A stretch of 64,000 nt of DNA from the IMG/VR virus record IMGVR_UViG_3300026549_001031. One strand, written 5' to 3'. Below the pieces are notes generated by a model that was not told the origin of the DNA, made no database searches, and worked only from the letters and a program-made list of their open reading frames with translations. The position numbers were made by a program, and so were the translations under genes. Origin of the DNA: a virus (taxonomy: Duplodnaviria; Heunggongvirae; Uroviricota; Caudoviricetes). Positions within the stretch are counted from its first letter, which is position 1; each line of letters opens with the position of its first letter. Below, piece by piece: positions 47,959-57,517 of the stretch.

Positions 47959-49347
47959 ATGCAATTTACAGTAGGACAGCAGTTAGGATTTAATATAATA
48001 CTTAATGGATGGAATACCTTCATTACAGGGGGTGGTGGTGTAGGTAAAACAGAACTTATACTAAAAACAGCTGAACACTTACAAAATATAGGTAAGTCAG
48101 TAATGATGTGTGCACCTACAGGTATGGCGGCATTGAAAATAAATGGAGTTACAGTACACAGACAGTTTAATGCACCTGTTGGAGTATTGAATTACAGGAG
48201 AGACATGTATGGTGCGGATGATGAACTCATCAAAACTGATGTGCTGATCATGGATGAGGTTAGTATGTGCAGAGTAGACTTATTTGACTTTGTATGTAAT
48301 AAGGTACTTGATGCAAATAGAGTTAGACATAATATGGGTTTGGAGGATATACAGTTCATATTAGTAGGAGACTTCTTTCAGTTAGCACCTGTACTTTTAC
48401 CTAATGAGAAGATTGCATTGGATAAATACTATGGTAAGGATATGGATGCAGGATATGCATTTATGTCAAAGTTTTGGGACATGTTCAATTTTGTACCTGT
48501 CATACTTACAGAGGTAGTCAGACAGAGAGACAGTAATTTTATATTAGACCTTAACAAAATAAGAGGCGGCGACAAGGTTTATGTAAACTACATTTATGAA
48601 AATTCAAATAAAAATGAAATTGATTGGGCAATTACTATTTGTGGTACTAACAGTGAGGCTTCAGAGATAAACACTAGGAGATTAAGAGAGATTAATGAGG
48701 AATCTACCTTCTATGAAGCAATAACAGAGGGGGATGTGTTACCTACAGATGTAAATGCAGATTTCATGTTGGAATTAAGAGAGGGTGCAAGAGTAATTGT
48801 AATAGTGAACAGTAGTGAAAGTGGTAGTTACAAGAATGGAAGTCTTGGTACAGTAGTAGGTTTATATGACAATGAAGTAATTGTGCAACTGGATTCAGGT
48901 GAGACAGAGTCACTTATGAGATATACATGGCCTGTATTCAGATATAGCATAGAAAAAGACGAGTGTGGCATTGAAAAGTTAACGAAACAACAGGTAGGAA
49001 GTGTTACACAGTTTCCTCTGAAATTAGCATACGCTATCACAATACATAAGAGCCAAGGGCAGACTTATGATAAAGTAAACCTTAGTCCTTATAGTTGGGA
49101 TTGTGGACAGCTATATGTGGCAATTTCACGTGTAAGAAGTTTGGAGAATCTTCACTTTAATTATGCACCTGACTTAAGTTATGTAGTAGTTTCATTAAAT
49201 GTAATTAAGTTCCACAATAAGTTAGTTGAGATTGCTAATGCAAATGGTAATAAATACAGTATTGAAAAAAGACAGACAGCGACAAAAAAGAAGTCAGAGT
49301 TTGATTCAGATATGAGTTTACTTTTAAGTGGTTTAGGAGGACATTGA
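47959..49347 (+). CDS. Pif1-family SF1B DNA helicase
   Basis: FITGGGGVGKT, APTGMAA, DEVSM, GDFFQLAPV, VVRQ, QFPLKLAYAITIHKSQGQT, GQLYVAISR. Confidence 0.92.
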   Translation: MQFTVGQQLGFNIILNGWNTFITGGGGVGKTELILKTAEHLQNIGKSVMMCAPTGMAALKINGVTVHRQFNAPVGVLNYRRDMYGADDELIKTDVLIMDEVSMCRVDLFDFVCNKVLDANRVRHNMGLEDIQFILVGDFFQLAPVLLPNEKIALDKYYGKDMDAGYAFMSKFWDMFNFVPVILTEVVRQRDSNFILDLNKIRGGDKVYVNYIYENSNKNEIDWAITICGTNSEASEINTRRLREINEESTFYEAITEGDVLPTDVNADFMLELREGARVIVIVNSSESGSYKNGSLGTVVGLYDNEVIVQLDSGETESLMRYTWPVFRYSIEKDECGIEKLTKQQVGSVTQFPLKLAYAITIHKSQGQTYDKVNLSPYSWDCGQLYVAISRVRSLENLHFNYAPDLSYVVVSLNVIKFHNKLVEIANANGNKYSIEKRQTATKKKSEFDSDMSLLLSGLGGH

Positions 49348-49348
49348 G

Positions 49349-50608
49349 ATGGCAATGTTAGCAAATGGAAAGTTTACAAACAGTCAGCAATTTGGGTTTG
49401 ACACAATAATGAGTGGTAGGAACTGTTTTGTAACTGGGGATGCAGGTACGGGAAAGAGTTTTCTACTCCTTAGAGTAGTTGATGCACTTAGTAAACAAAA
49501 GAAGAGAGTAAGAATAATGGCACCTACTGGGTTGGCTGCACTTAATGTAGATGGTGTGACATTGCATAGAGGATTTAAGGCACCTATTGGACCTCTGATT
49601 AAAGAACCTAAAGCTATAACTAGCATGCTGGGAGATTGTGATGTGCTTATTATTGATGAGGTGAGCATGGTTCGAATTGATTTGTTTGAATATTGTATCA
49701 AACAAGTTGTTGGTGCTAACGTGAAGAGACGAAAGGCAGAATTGCCTGATATACAGCTGATTTTGTTTGGAGACTTCTTTCAGTTACCTCCTGTACTTAC
49801 ACCTGGTGACAGAGACATACTGAAAATGGTTTATGGGGACATTGATAAGGGATATGCCTTTAAGTCAAAATGGTGGGACATTTGCAATTTTACTTATATT
49901 TCATTAAAAGAAATAGTTAGACAGGATAATGTTGAATTGCAGAGAGCACTTGAGCAGTTAAGAAGAGGTAATACACTAGGATTGAAATTTATACTTCAGA
50001 ATTGTAGTGATGAGCCTATCAAAAATGCAATTTCATTGTGTGGTACACGTAAAAAAGCAGATGCAATCAATGCAGAAAAATATAATATGCTGACTGGTAG
50101 GGAAAAGACATATACAAGTGAAGTTGAGGGCGAGGTAAGAGATAGTGATAAGCCTGTAGATGATGAGATAAGTCTTAAGATTGGTGCTAGGGTACTTGCA
50201 TTTATGAATAATCCTGCAGCTGGATATATGAATGGAGACATGGGAGAAGTTATTAACCTTAATGAATACACAGTTACAGTTAAGTTTGATAATGGAACAG
50301 TTGCTGACGTGGAGCAGGCATCTTGGTATATTAAGGGCTGGAATGAAAAGACTCAGGACATTGAGATAATTGGTACATACAGTCAAATTCCTCTTAAGCT
50401 TGCCTATGCAATTACAATACATAAAAGTCAAGGACAGACATATGATGCAGTCAACCTTGATCCTAGGTGTTGGGAGAATGGGCAGTTGTATACAGCATTG
50501 TCACGTGTCAGAGATGTGCATAACCTGTATCTGATGGACATTATGTATCCTAGTTACTTAAAAGCATCTAGGGATGTGCGTATGTTTTATAAAATGAATA
50601 ACATGTAG
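49349..50608 (+). CDS. Pif1-family SF1B DNA helicase (second paralogue)
   Basis: FVTGDAGTGKS, APTGLAA, DEVSM, GDFFQLPPV, IVRQ, QIPLKLAYAITIHKSQGQT, GQLYTALSR. Confidence 0.92.
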   Translation: MAMLANGKFTNSQQFGFDTIMSGRNCFVTGDAGTGKSFLLLRVVDALSKQKKRVRIMAPTGLAALNVDGVTLHRGFKAPIGPLIKEPKAITSMLGDCDVLIIDEVSMVRIDLFEYCIKQVVGANVKRRKAELPDIQLILFGDFFQLPPVLTPGDRDILKMVYGDIDKGYAFKSKWWDICNFTYISLKEIVRQDNVELQRALEQLRRGNTLGLKFILQNCSDEPIKNAISLCGTRKKADAINAEKYNMLTGREKTYTSEVEGEVRDSDKPVDDEISLKIGARVLAFMNNPAAGYMNGDMGEVINLNEYTVTVKFDNGTVADVEQASWYIKGWNEKTQDIEIIGTYSQIPLKLAYAITIHKSQGQTYDAVNLDPRCWENGQLYTALSRVRDVHNLYLMDIMYPSYLKASRDVRMFYKMNNM

Positions 50609-50736
50609 AATAAAGAGTAAGCAAGTGTTTAATGGACGACTACAAATAGTAAAATGTGGTCGTCCTATTTTTATGCTTAGAGATATAAGAAAGAAATAAT
50701 TATTTATTAAAATAATTGTTTAGGAGGAAAGTTAAA

Positions 50737-51825
50737 ATGCAGTATGATTTTAGTAAAATGCACTATCTTGACAAGAGATACAATTACAATATTGTAGTCA
50801 AGCCTAATACATTTAACAAGAACAGTGGAAAGGAGGTATTACAGTATGCAGTTGGGGCATTACTCTATATGCCTGCTTCAAATGATAAAGTAGCATCTCG
50901 AATTATTGCGGGACAGGCAGAACCATGGAAGTCAATCGTGCTTGACCTTGAAGATGCACTTGGAGATGATCTGGTAGGGTTTGGACAGAGAGCAATTGTT
51001 AAGACAGTCACTAAATTAGGTGATGCAATTAAGGATGGTAAACTTACAATTGATAATTTGCCTCTTATCTTTGTAAGAGTGAGAGAGCCTAAGCAGATTA
51101 AAGAGACACTTGAGATGCTGGGCGAGTATACACAGTACATAACAGGGTTTAACATTCCTAAATTTGATAAGACAACTTGTGATGAATACATCAAGGAGTT
51201 TGTCAGCGTCAGGAATGAAGTAAAGAGCAAGTATAAAACAGATTTGTACATTATGCCTATTATTGAGAACAAGAACACAATGTATAGACAGCTTAGAATG
51301 GATAATCTGTTATACATGAATGATAAGCTGCGAGCAATTCAGGATAGCGTACTCAACATTAGAGTTGGCGGTGCAGACTTCTGTAGTGTTTATGGAATCA
51401 GGAGAAGTATTACAGACGACATTTATGATATTGGTGTAGTACGTAGTGTACTTAATGACATTATGAATGTCTTTGGTAAAAGTTATATTGTCAGTGGTCC
51501 TGTATGGGAATACTTTGAAAATAAGGAGGATCCATCTGATGAGAGGTGGAGAGTAGGTTTACAGCATGAGTTATATGCTGATAGGTTGAATGGTTTCATT
51601 GGTAAAACAGTAATTCATCCTAGTCAAGTATTGGAAGTACAGTCAAGTTTAGTTGTGCACAAGGAAGATTATGATGATGCAATGAATATTATTGGAATGA
51701 ATGCAAACTTAACAGGGGTTAAAAAGAGTGCTGCAGGGAATAGGATGAATGAGGTCAAGACTCATTGGAACTGGGCACGTAAAATTGTTGGTTTAGCAAG
51801 TGTTTATGGTGTACGTGAAGATTAA
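50737..51825 (+). CDS. HpcH/HpaI aldolase/citrate-lyase-family protein (Ter-associated type)
   Basis: AVGALLYMPA, DLEDA, LPLIFVRVR, IPKF, MPIIE, LNIRVGGADF, SGPVWEYF, NGFIGKTVIHPSQ, RMNEVK.H..WA. Confidence 0.85.
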   Translation: MQYDFSKMHYLDKRYNYNIVVKPNTFNKNSGKEVLQYAVGALLYMPASNDKVASRIIAGQAEPWKSIVLDLEDALGDDLVGFGQRAIVKTVTKLGDAIKDGKLTIDNLPLIFVRVREPKQIKETLEMLGEYTQYITGFNIPKFDKTTCDEYIKEFVSVRNEVKSKYKTDLYIMPIIENKNTMYRQLRMDNLLYMNDKLRAIQDSVLNIRVGGADFCSVYGIRRSITDDIYDIGVVRSVLNDIMNVFGKSYIVSGPVWEYFENKEDPSDERWRVGLQHELYADRLNGFIGKTVIHPSQVLEVQSSLVVHKEDYDDAMNIIGMNANLTGVKKSAAGNRMNEVKTHWNWARKIVGLASVYGVRED

Positions 51826-51869
51826 GTATGCATGATTTACTGAAAACCTTAACTAGTTATACAGTAAGG

Positions 51870-51898
51870 TTGACAAGAACAAAAATTTCAATTATAAT
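51870..51898 (+). promoter_or_regulatory. consensus sigmaA promoter
   Basis: TTGACA-17 nt-TATAAT. Confidence 0.85.
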
Positions 51899-51930
51899 AT
51901 AAATATAGTTAAGGTTGGAGGTAAATTGAT

Positions 51931-52617
51931 ATGTACGAGATTACAAAAGGATACAAGCAGGGAAGATCAGTATTATTTTATGACATTACAGATGTAATGA
52001 GTAAAGAGACACGAGAAAAAGTAGATAAGGATACAGTAGTTAAGTTAGCTGAAGCGGGAGAAGTGAAAGATACTAAAATTCAGTGGTGGCAGGGCAAGGC
52101 TATTGTGCGTAGTAATACTAAGTTTGACATTCTGAAGTTGAACGACAGCGGTGAGGTTGTAGGACAGGCACCAGTGGTTACGAGAAGTAGATCAGGTGTA
52201 AAAAGTGCAGCTCAGGTGTGCAAGGAGGTTTATGGCATGTATCCTCCTGAAAATAACATTGATGTTTCAGACAAGGCTACAGTGGTTGGTAGTATCAAGA
52301 CTAAAAGAAAGAGAAATGAAAAAGTGTTTGCAGGTTATGACATGGCAAATGTCAGAGAGGTACGCGAGAATAAACCTAATTTCAAGTTTGATAAAGACAG
52401 TACCATTGGAAATATGGTGCTTGACATGATCAAAGATTTTGGACTCAAGGATACAGAGACATACTATCAGCAGCTGGCTAAAAAAGTGGACATGAACAAA
52501 AAGGTTGAGACTACAAACAAAGCAATGGTTGCTGGCATTCAGAGAAGTGTAGCAACATATTTGATGAACATGGCTAACCTTGAGACAAGGGAGACTTATC
52601 TGAAATACACAGTGTAG
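51931..52617 (+). CDS. hypothetical protein with a divergent copy of the shared N-terminal module
   Basis: YEITKGYKQGRSVLFYDITD...VDKDTVVKLAEAGEV resembles the 35604 repeat. Confidence 0.7.
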   Translation: MYEITKGYKQGRSVLFYDITDVMSKETREKVDKDTVVKLAEAGEVKDTKIQWWQGKAIVRSNTKFDILKLNDSGEVVGQAPVVTRSRSGVKSAAQVCKEVYGMYPPENNIDVSDKATVVGSIKTKRKRNEKVFAGYDMANVREVRENKPNFKFDKDSTIGNMVLDMIKDFGLKDTETYYQQLAKKVDMNKKVETTNKAMVAGIQRSVATYLMNMANLETRETYLKYTV

Positions 52618-52740
52618 TTTAAGGATATACACTGTCAATTACAAAAGAGATGCATATCAATTAAATAAGTAATACGTATAAAACTACTTCGAAAATAAAA
52701 GAAGTAGTTTTATTTTTATTTATAAATAAAGGAGAGAATT

Positions 52741-54147
52741 ATGAATAAGCATATGTTTAGGTGTTTAGGCATATTGACAGTTTTTACATTACTTGTAGGA
52801 ATGTTTGATAGCACTAAAATGGAGGTTTTTGCAGATAGTTATAATGTGGTTACACTGGGGGCAGATCTGTCTGAAGAGCAGAAAAACTTGATGTTCGATT
52901 ACTTTGGGGTAGATACAGATAATGTTCAGGTAATTACAGTAACAAATAAGGAAGAGCATGAGCTATTGGATGATGTAGCAACTAAGCAACAGATTGGTAC
53001 ACATACGTTTAGTTGTTCATACATAGAGCCAACAGATGAGGGTGGCATTCATATTAAGACAGCTAATTTGAATTGGGTCACCTGTGATATGATTAGAAAT
53101 GCATTGGTAACAAGTGGCATTACAGATTGTAATGTCGTTTGTGCAGCACCTATTGAGGTAAGTGGTACAGGTGCACTGACAGGCATATTTAAAGCATATG
53201 AGACAGTCAGTGGTGAGGAGATGGACGGTACAAAGAAAGAGCTTGCATCTGAAGAATTAGTTGAGACAGCTGAATTAGCAGATGACATTGGTCAGGATGA
53301 AGCAAGCAATATAATGAATGATGTTAAGCAGGATGTAATCAAAGATTCCGTTACAGATGATGATATAATCAAGGGTTTGGTAAAGAGCGCAGCTAAAACA
53401 CAGGGGGTTGAACTTAAGGATGAACAGATAGACAGTCTTGTGACATTCTTTAGTAAAATTGGTGCTTGTGATTATAACTTTGATGCAATTAAGAGTGCAT
53501 ATGATAGTTTAGATAAGACAGCAGCTGATGCACTAGAGAGTGCTAAAGAGACAGCTGGATTTTTAGGTAAAATCAGAGATTTCTTTAGTGACTTATGGGC
53601 TAAAATAAACGGTTCATATGAGGAAAAACAAGAGGCAGCTAAAGAAGAGCAGAAGCAAAAGAGTTTAGGTATATTGAACAATGTAAAGGATGATGTGCTT
53701 GGAGCCAAAGCAGTTGTAACAGATACAGATGGTGGAGCTAGCAGTACTGAAGAAAATAATACAAAAGAGAATAAAGAGAGTACACATAAGGAACATTGGT
53801 ATGACTTCATATTAACATGGTTTAATGCAGGAAACAATGATACAGACAGCGATAAAAAAGAGACACAAACAGAGATAAAGAGGGAGCAGACACCTAGGAA
53901 AAAGAGTAATAACAGTTCACAAAGTGAAAACTCACAGGTTGAGGAAAATTCACAGAGTGATAAGAACAGCTTAGATAAAGCAGGCAGTCAATCAAATAGC
54001 GATGAGAGCTCAAATAAAAATGAGAATGACAAGGGAAACTTAGGGTATGTCACTTATGATGTAGAAAATGCAAATAAAGAGAGCACAGGGCAGGATAACA
54101 ATAGTAAGGGGTCACAGGATAATTCGTTTGACAGCTTGGTGCAATAG
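52741..54147 (+). CDS. DUF1002 family exported protein with low-complexity tail
   Basis: signal-peptide-like N-terminus, VTLGADLSEEQK, VTN.EE, NALVTSGI, APIEVSGTGALTGIFKAYE. Confidence 0.85.
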   Translation: MNKHMFRCLGILTVFTLLVGMFDSTKMEVFADSYNVVTLGADLSEEQKNLMFDYFGVDTDNVQVITVTNKEEHELLDDVATKQQIGTHTFSCSYIEPTDEGGIHIKTANLNWVTCDMIRNALVTSGITDCNVVCAAPIEVSGTGALTGIFKAYETVSGEEMDGTKKELASEELVETAELADDIGQDEASNIMNDVKQDVIKDSVTDDDIIKGLVKSAAKTQGVELKDEQIDSLVTFFSKIGACDYNFDAIKSAYDSLDKTAADALESAKETAGFLGKIRDFFSDLWAKINGSYEEKQEAAKEEQKQKSLGILNNVKDDVLGAKAVVTDTDGGASSTEENNTKENKESTHKEHWYDFILTWFNAGNNDTDSDKKETQTEIKREQTPRKKSNNSSQSENSQVEENSQSDKNSLDKAGSQSNSDESSNKNENDKGNLGYVTYDVENANKESTGQDNNSKGSQDNSFDSLVQ

Positions 54148-54274
54148 CAGTGGAACTTAAATATGGTCTGAACTATACCTTTTAGATGCTGAACTATGAC
54201 TATAATATATGCATTGGTTTCAAATTAAAGTAGTTTTAATAAATAAAAAATTAAGTTAATTGGAGGTCAGTGTT

Positions 54275-54886
54275 ATGGCATTAGTAATGAAGATAGTAGG
54301 CATTAGTAACAAAAAGAACGGCATGAATTATTCTGTGGCTGATGGCAGTAGAGAACCTGATGGATCATTAAGAACAATGCAGGTCAACAAGTATCAGATT
54401 GTAAGTGCAGTACTTGGAGGCAATAACATTTGTAATGTTAGGCTTAACAAGAAAGGGTTTGGCATTAAGCAGGATGATAACAGAGTGAAATATGTGCAGG
54501 TAGACTTTGATTCTAATACAAGGGTACTTGTAAATAATTACATTGCACAGAGAAAAGCTGCTGAGGAGGCAGTTAGAGAAGAGAGTAGACGTAGAAAAGC
54601 TGAAGAAGAGAAGAAACAAAGGATCAATGTGCATGTAGAAATCAATGGTAACAAGGGGCAGAGTACAGCAATACATTATCATGGAGATTACTACTCTAGT
54701 CCTGAGAGATTATGCAAGAAGTTCAATGCAGATCCACATAAGTTTATTGAGTTATACAATAAAGGATACTCTATTGATGAGGCACTTGGACTTAAGAAAT
54801 TAAGACCTATCGAGGAAGTAAGAAAGACAGCAGCTAGAAGAGCAAAGTTACTTGATAGTATGTCAGCTAGTCGTGGCGAATGTTAG
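54275..54886 (+). CDS. hypothetical protein (divergent shared N-module plus C-terminal HTH-like segment)
   Basis: GGAGG RBS; YHGDYYSSPERLCKKF...KGYSIDEAL. Confidence 0.65.
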   Translation: MALVMKIVGISNKKNGMNYSVADGSREPDGSLRTMQVNKYQIVSAVLGGNNICNVRLNKKGFGIKQDDNRVKYVQVDFDSNTRVLVNNYIAQRKAAEEAVREESRRRKAEEEKKQRINVHVEINGNKGQSTAIHYHGDYYSSPERLCKKFNADPHKFIELYNKGYSIDEALGLKKLRPIEEVRKTAARRAKLLDSMSASRGEC

Positions 54887-54906
54887 TTTAGTTAGGAGGT
54901 ATACAC

Positions 54907-55620
54907 ATGTTAAGGGTTTGGGTTACAAATAAATTACTTGACAACAATACAGGAAAACTTGTGGGCTATGTAATTAGCGATGTTGATACAGGTCAAACAA
55001 TGAGAGTTGCAAAGGATCAGTTAAAGATGGCAGTAATCAATAAGCAGTGTGAGTGTATGAATATGACACTTACATGTGATGGTAGACTTATTGGAAAAGC
55101 ATCTAGGTTACCTGCAAACGCAGCTAATATGGAGTTTGCTAGCAGAAATGCAGTGGCTAATACTAGCATACCTGTGATTGATGCAGTATTGACTAATGGT
55201 AGAGGAATTGGAGCAGTACGAATTAAAGATGCAACAGGTAATTCAAGCTTTATGAGTGGATTGATTGCAAAGAATAGTTTAGCATCTGGCACTATTGTAG
55301 GAGATGTGCAAAATGTTCCTCGCAGATCATATAGTAAGTTTAGAAATACCTTTATCAATAATTGCAAATGCAGTGATAAAGATTTTGCAGTCAGCAAAGT
55401 TGGAAGTTCACACAGTACAGATTATGTAGTACAGGGACCATTTGATGCTATTAGCAGTGTAATAGTTGAGAATGGCTTACTCTCAAACAAGATTAAGCCT
55501 GTTGAATATTTAAGTGCAGACACATTAAGGGTTCAGTGCTTAACTGGAGTAAATGATGTACGTAAAGCAGTTAAGGATGCATTTAGAAAAGCAGAGGCAG
55601 CCAAAAAGAAAAGGGCTTAA
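54907..55620 (+). CDS. protein with the shared N-terminal module
   Basis: GKLVGYVISDVDTGQTMRVAKDQLKMAVINKQ...NMTLTCDGRL. Confidence 0.75.
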   Translation: MLRVWVTNKLLDNNTGKLVGYVISDVDTGQTMRVAKDQLKMAVINKQCECMNMTLTCDGRLIGKASRLPANAANMEFASRNAVANTSIPVIDAVLTNGRGIGAVRIKDATGNSSFMSGLIAKNSLASGTIVGDVQNVPRRSYSKFRNTFINNCKCSDKDFAVSKVGSSHSTDYVVQGPFDAISSVIVENGLLSNKIKPVEYLSADTLRVQCLTGVNDVRKAVKDAFRKAEAAKKKRA

Positions 55621-55668
55621 GACACTAGATTAGGTTTAGCTAGTATGTGGAGATTGAGACAGGGCAGT

Positions 55669-55710
55669 AATTGGGGCATACATCAAAAAATTGGTGTATG
55701 TCCTAATTTT
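55669..55710 (+). terminator. intrinsic terminator
   Basis: AATTGGGGCATACATCAA / TTGGTGTATGTCCTAATT stem. Confidence 0.7.
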
Positions 55711-55764
55711 ATGCTTGTGTATATATGAAAATATATTTATTTTTATTTTAAGTGAGGTAAGATT

Positions 55765-56877
55765 ATGCATTGTGTGTTGTATTTCAATCAGTGGTTTTCA
55801 TCTATAGGAAATATTATAAAAAAGATTAAGGAGACAAATCCTGGTGTTTATGTAATTGCATCTTCTAAAAATCCTGATCATGTGTATAAAGCCTTTGTAG
55901 ACAAGTTTATTGTGGAAGAGGACTATGCAAATGTAGATGATTACATTGATTTTGTAGTAAATACTTGTAAGGAAAATAAGGTAAACTTATTCTTTGTGAA
56001 AGCTAAGCAGTTAGAAATTGCAAAGAACAAGGATAAGTTTAATGAGATAGGGACAGGGCTTGTGCTTGAAAATTATGATACATTGGAGAAATTAAGTAGC
56101 AAGGCAGATGTTTATGCTAGACTTGGGGAGGTAGACTTCCTTAAATGGCTGATACCTGACTATTACATTTCGAACAAATATCATAACACTAATCATAGTT
56201 GGGTGTGGCAATCTATAGAAAATGAAACATTTTGTTTCAAATATGATAGTGATGAGGGTGGCATGTCATTTAGGAGAGTGAGAGACATTAGCTTAAATAT
56301 AGATACACTTAGAGATCAGCAATCTAACATAGTGAGTAAGGAACAAGCAATTAATATGATTAAGAATGCAAGCAGGGAACAATTGAACAAAGTATTGTTT
56401 ATGGAGATACTTGATTCACCTGAAATCAGCGTTGATTGCTATAATAGTAAGAAGGGGTTCATAGCAGTATGTAGATGTAAGGAGCAAAGAAAACAGAGAG
56501 TATTCTATAACGAACTATTGTATTACATATGCAAGGAGATTGCTAATACATATGAGTTTAAGGGTCCTTTCAATGTGCAGTTTAGGTTTAAGCATGGGTC
56601 AGATACAGACAGCTTAACAAATATCAGGTTGCTCGAGATAAATCCTAGAATGTCAGGTGGTTTATACTATCTTGCAGCAGTAGGTTTGGATATTGCACAG
56701 GCAGTATTAAAGGATGCATTAGATGAAAAGGGAATAGGCACTGATATAAGAGATTATAATATTGATGAGTTTAGAAATTTCAAGGATAAATATGTGACAT
56801 ACATTGAACATGCAGTAGTGTTGCAGGGTAAAAATAGAGAAATAGACTTAGTGGAGGTTAGGAACAGTGGAAAATAA
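55765..56877 (+). CDS. ATP-grasp protein (Ter-associated type)
   Basis: YFNQWFS, CFKY..DEGGMSFR, EISVDC, FNVQFR, LLEINPRMSGG. Confidence 0.85.
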   Translation: MHCVLYFNQWFSSIGNIIKKIKETNPGVYVIASSKNPDHVYKAFVDKFIVEEDYANVDDYIDFVVNTCKENKVNLFFVKAKQLEIAKNKDKFNEIGTGLVLENYDTLEKLSSKADVYARLGEVDFLKWLIPDYYISNKYHNTNHSWVWQSIENETFCFKYDSDEGGMSFRRVRDISLNIDTLRDQQSNIVSKEQAINMIKNASREQLNKVLFMEILDSPEISVDCYNSKKGFIAVCRCKEQRKQRVFYNELLYYICKEIANTYEFKGPFNVQFRFKHGSDTDSLTNIRLLEINPRMSGGLYYLAAVGLDIAQAVLKDALDEKGIGTDIRDYNIDEFRNFKDKYVTYIEHAVVLQGKNREIDLVEVRNSGK

Positions 56878-57469
56878 ACAGAGACAGCAGGAAAATGAAA
56901 ACATGCAGGATACGGAAGAGGTGAGGCATAATAAGAAAAAAGTAAGTACAGCTCAATTAATAGGCAGGGAACTTATGAAATTTGTACTTGCAATAGCAAT
57001 TACAGCTGGTCTAACATTTTTGTCAATAAGATACATTGCTCAAATTGTTGACGTGTCTGGTGATAGTATGAATAACACTTTGCATGATGGGCAGACATTA
57101 TGGATAAATAAGTTTGACAAACAATATGATAGGTTTGACATTATAGTGTTTAGACATGGTGCATCAGTAGATGATGATGGATATGCAATTGGGGATGAGA
57201 ATCTTATAAAAAGAGTAATTGGACTTCCTGGAGAGACAGTCAGGATTGATGAAAAAGGCAGAATATACATCAATGGTGATGAGCTCAACGAGAACTATGG
57301 AAAAGATACCATTGATGATCCTGGTCGAGCAGTTAAAGAAGTAAAATTAGCAGATGATGAATACTTTGTACTTGGAGATAACAGAAATGACAGTTTAGAT
57401 TCAAGATATGAAGTAGTTGGGAACATTAAGAAGTCTGATATAATTGGAAAATTATTTAAGAAGTACTAG
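56867..57469 (+). CDS. lepB: signal peptidase I
   Basis: TM then VSGDSM (Ser), LIKRVIGLPGE (Lys), YFVLGDNRNDSLDSR. Confidence 0.93.
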   Translation: MENKQRQQENENMQDTEEVRHNKKKVSTAQLIGRELMKFVLAIAITAGLTFLSIRYIAQIVDVSGDSMNNTLHDGQTLWINKFDKQYDRFDIIVFRHGASVDDDGYAIGDENLIKRVIGLPGETVRIDEKGRIYINGDELNENYGKDTIDDPGRAVKEVKLADDEYFVLGDNRNDSLDSRYEVVGNIKKSDIIGKLFKKY

Positions 57470-57472
57470 TAT

Positions 57473-57501
57473 TTGTAAATTTCAATAAAAAGTGATATAA
57501 T
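57473..57501 (+). promoter_or_regulatory. sigmaA-type promoter
   Basis: TTGTAA-17 nt-TATAAT with TG. Confidence 0.7.
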
Positions 57502-57517
57502 ATAGGAGAAAGCTAAA

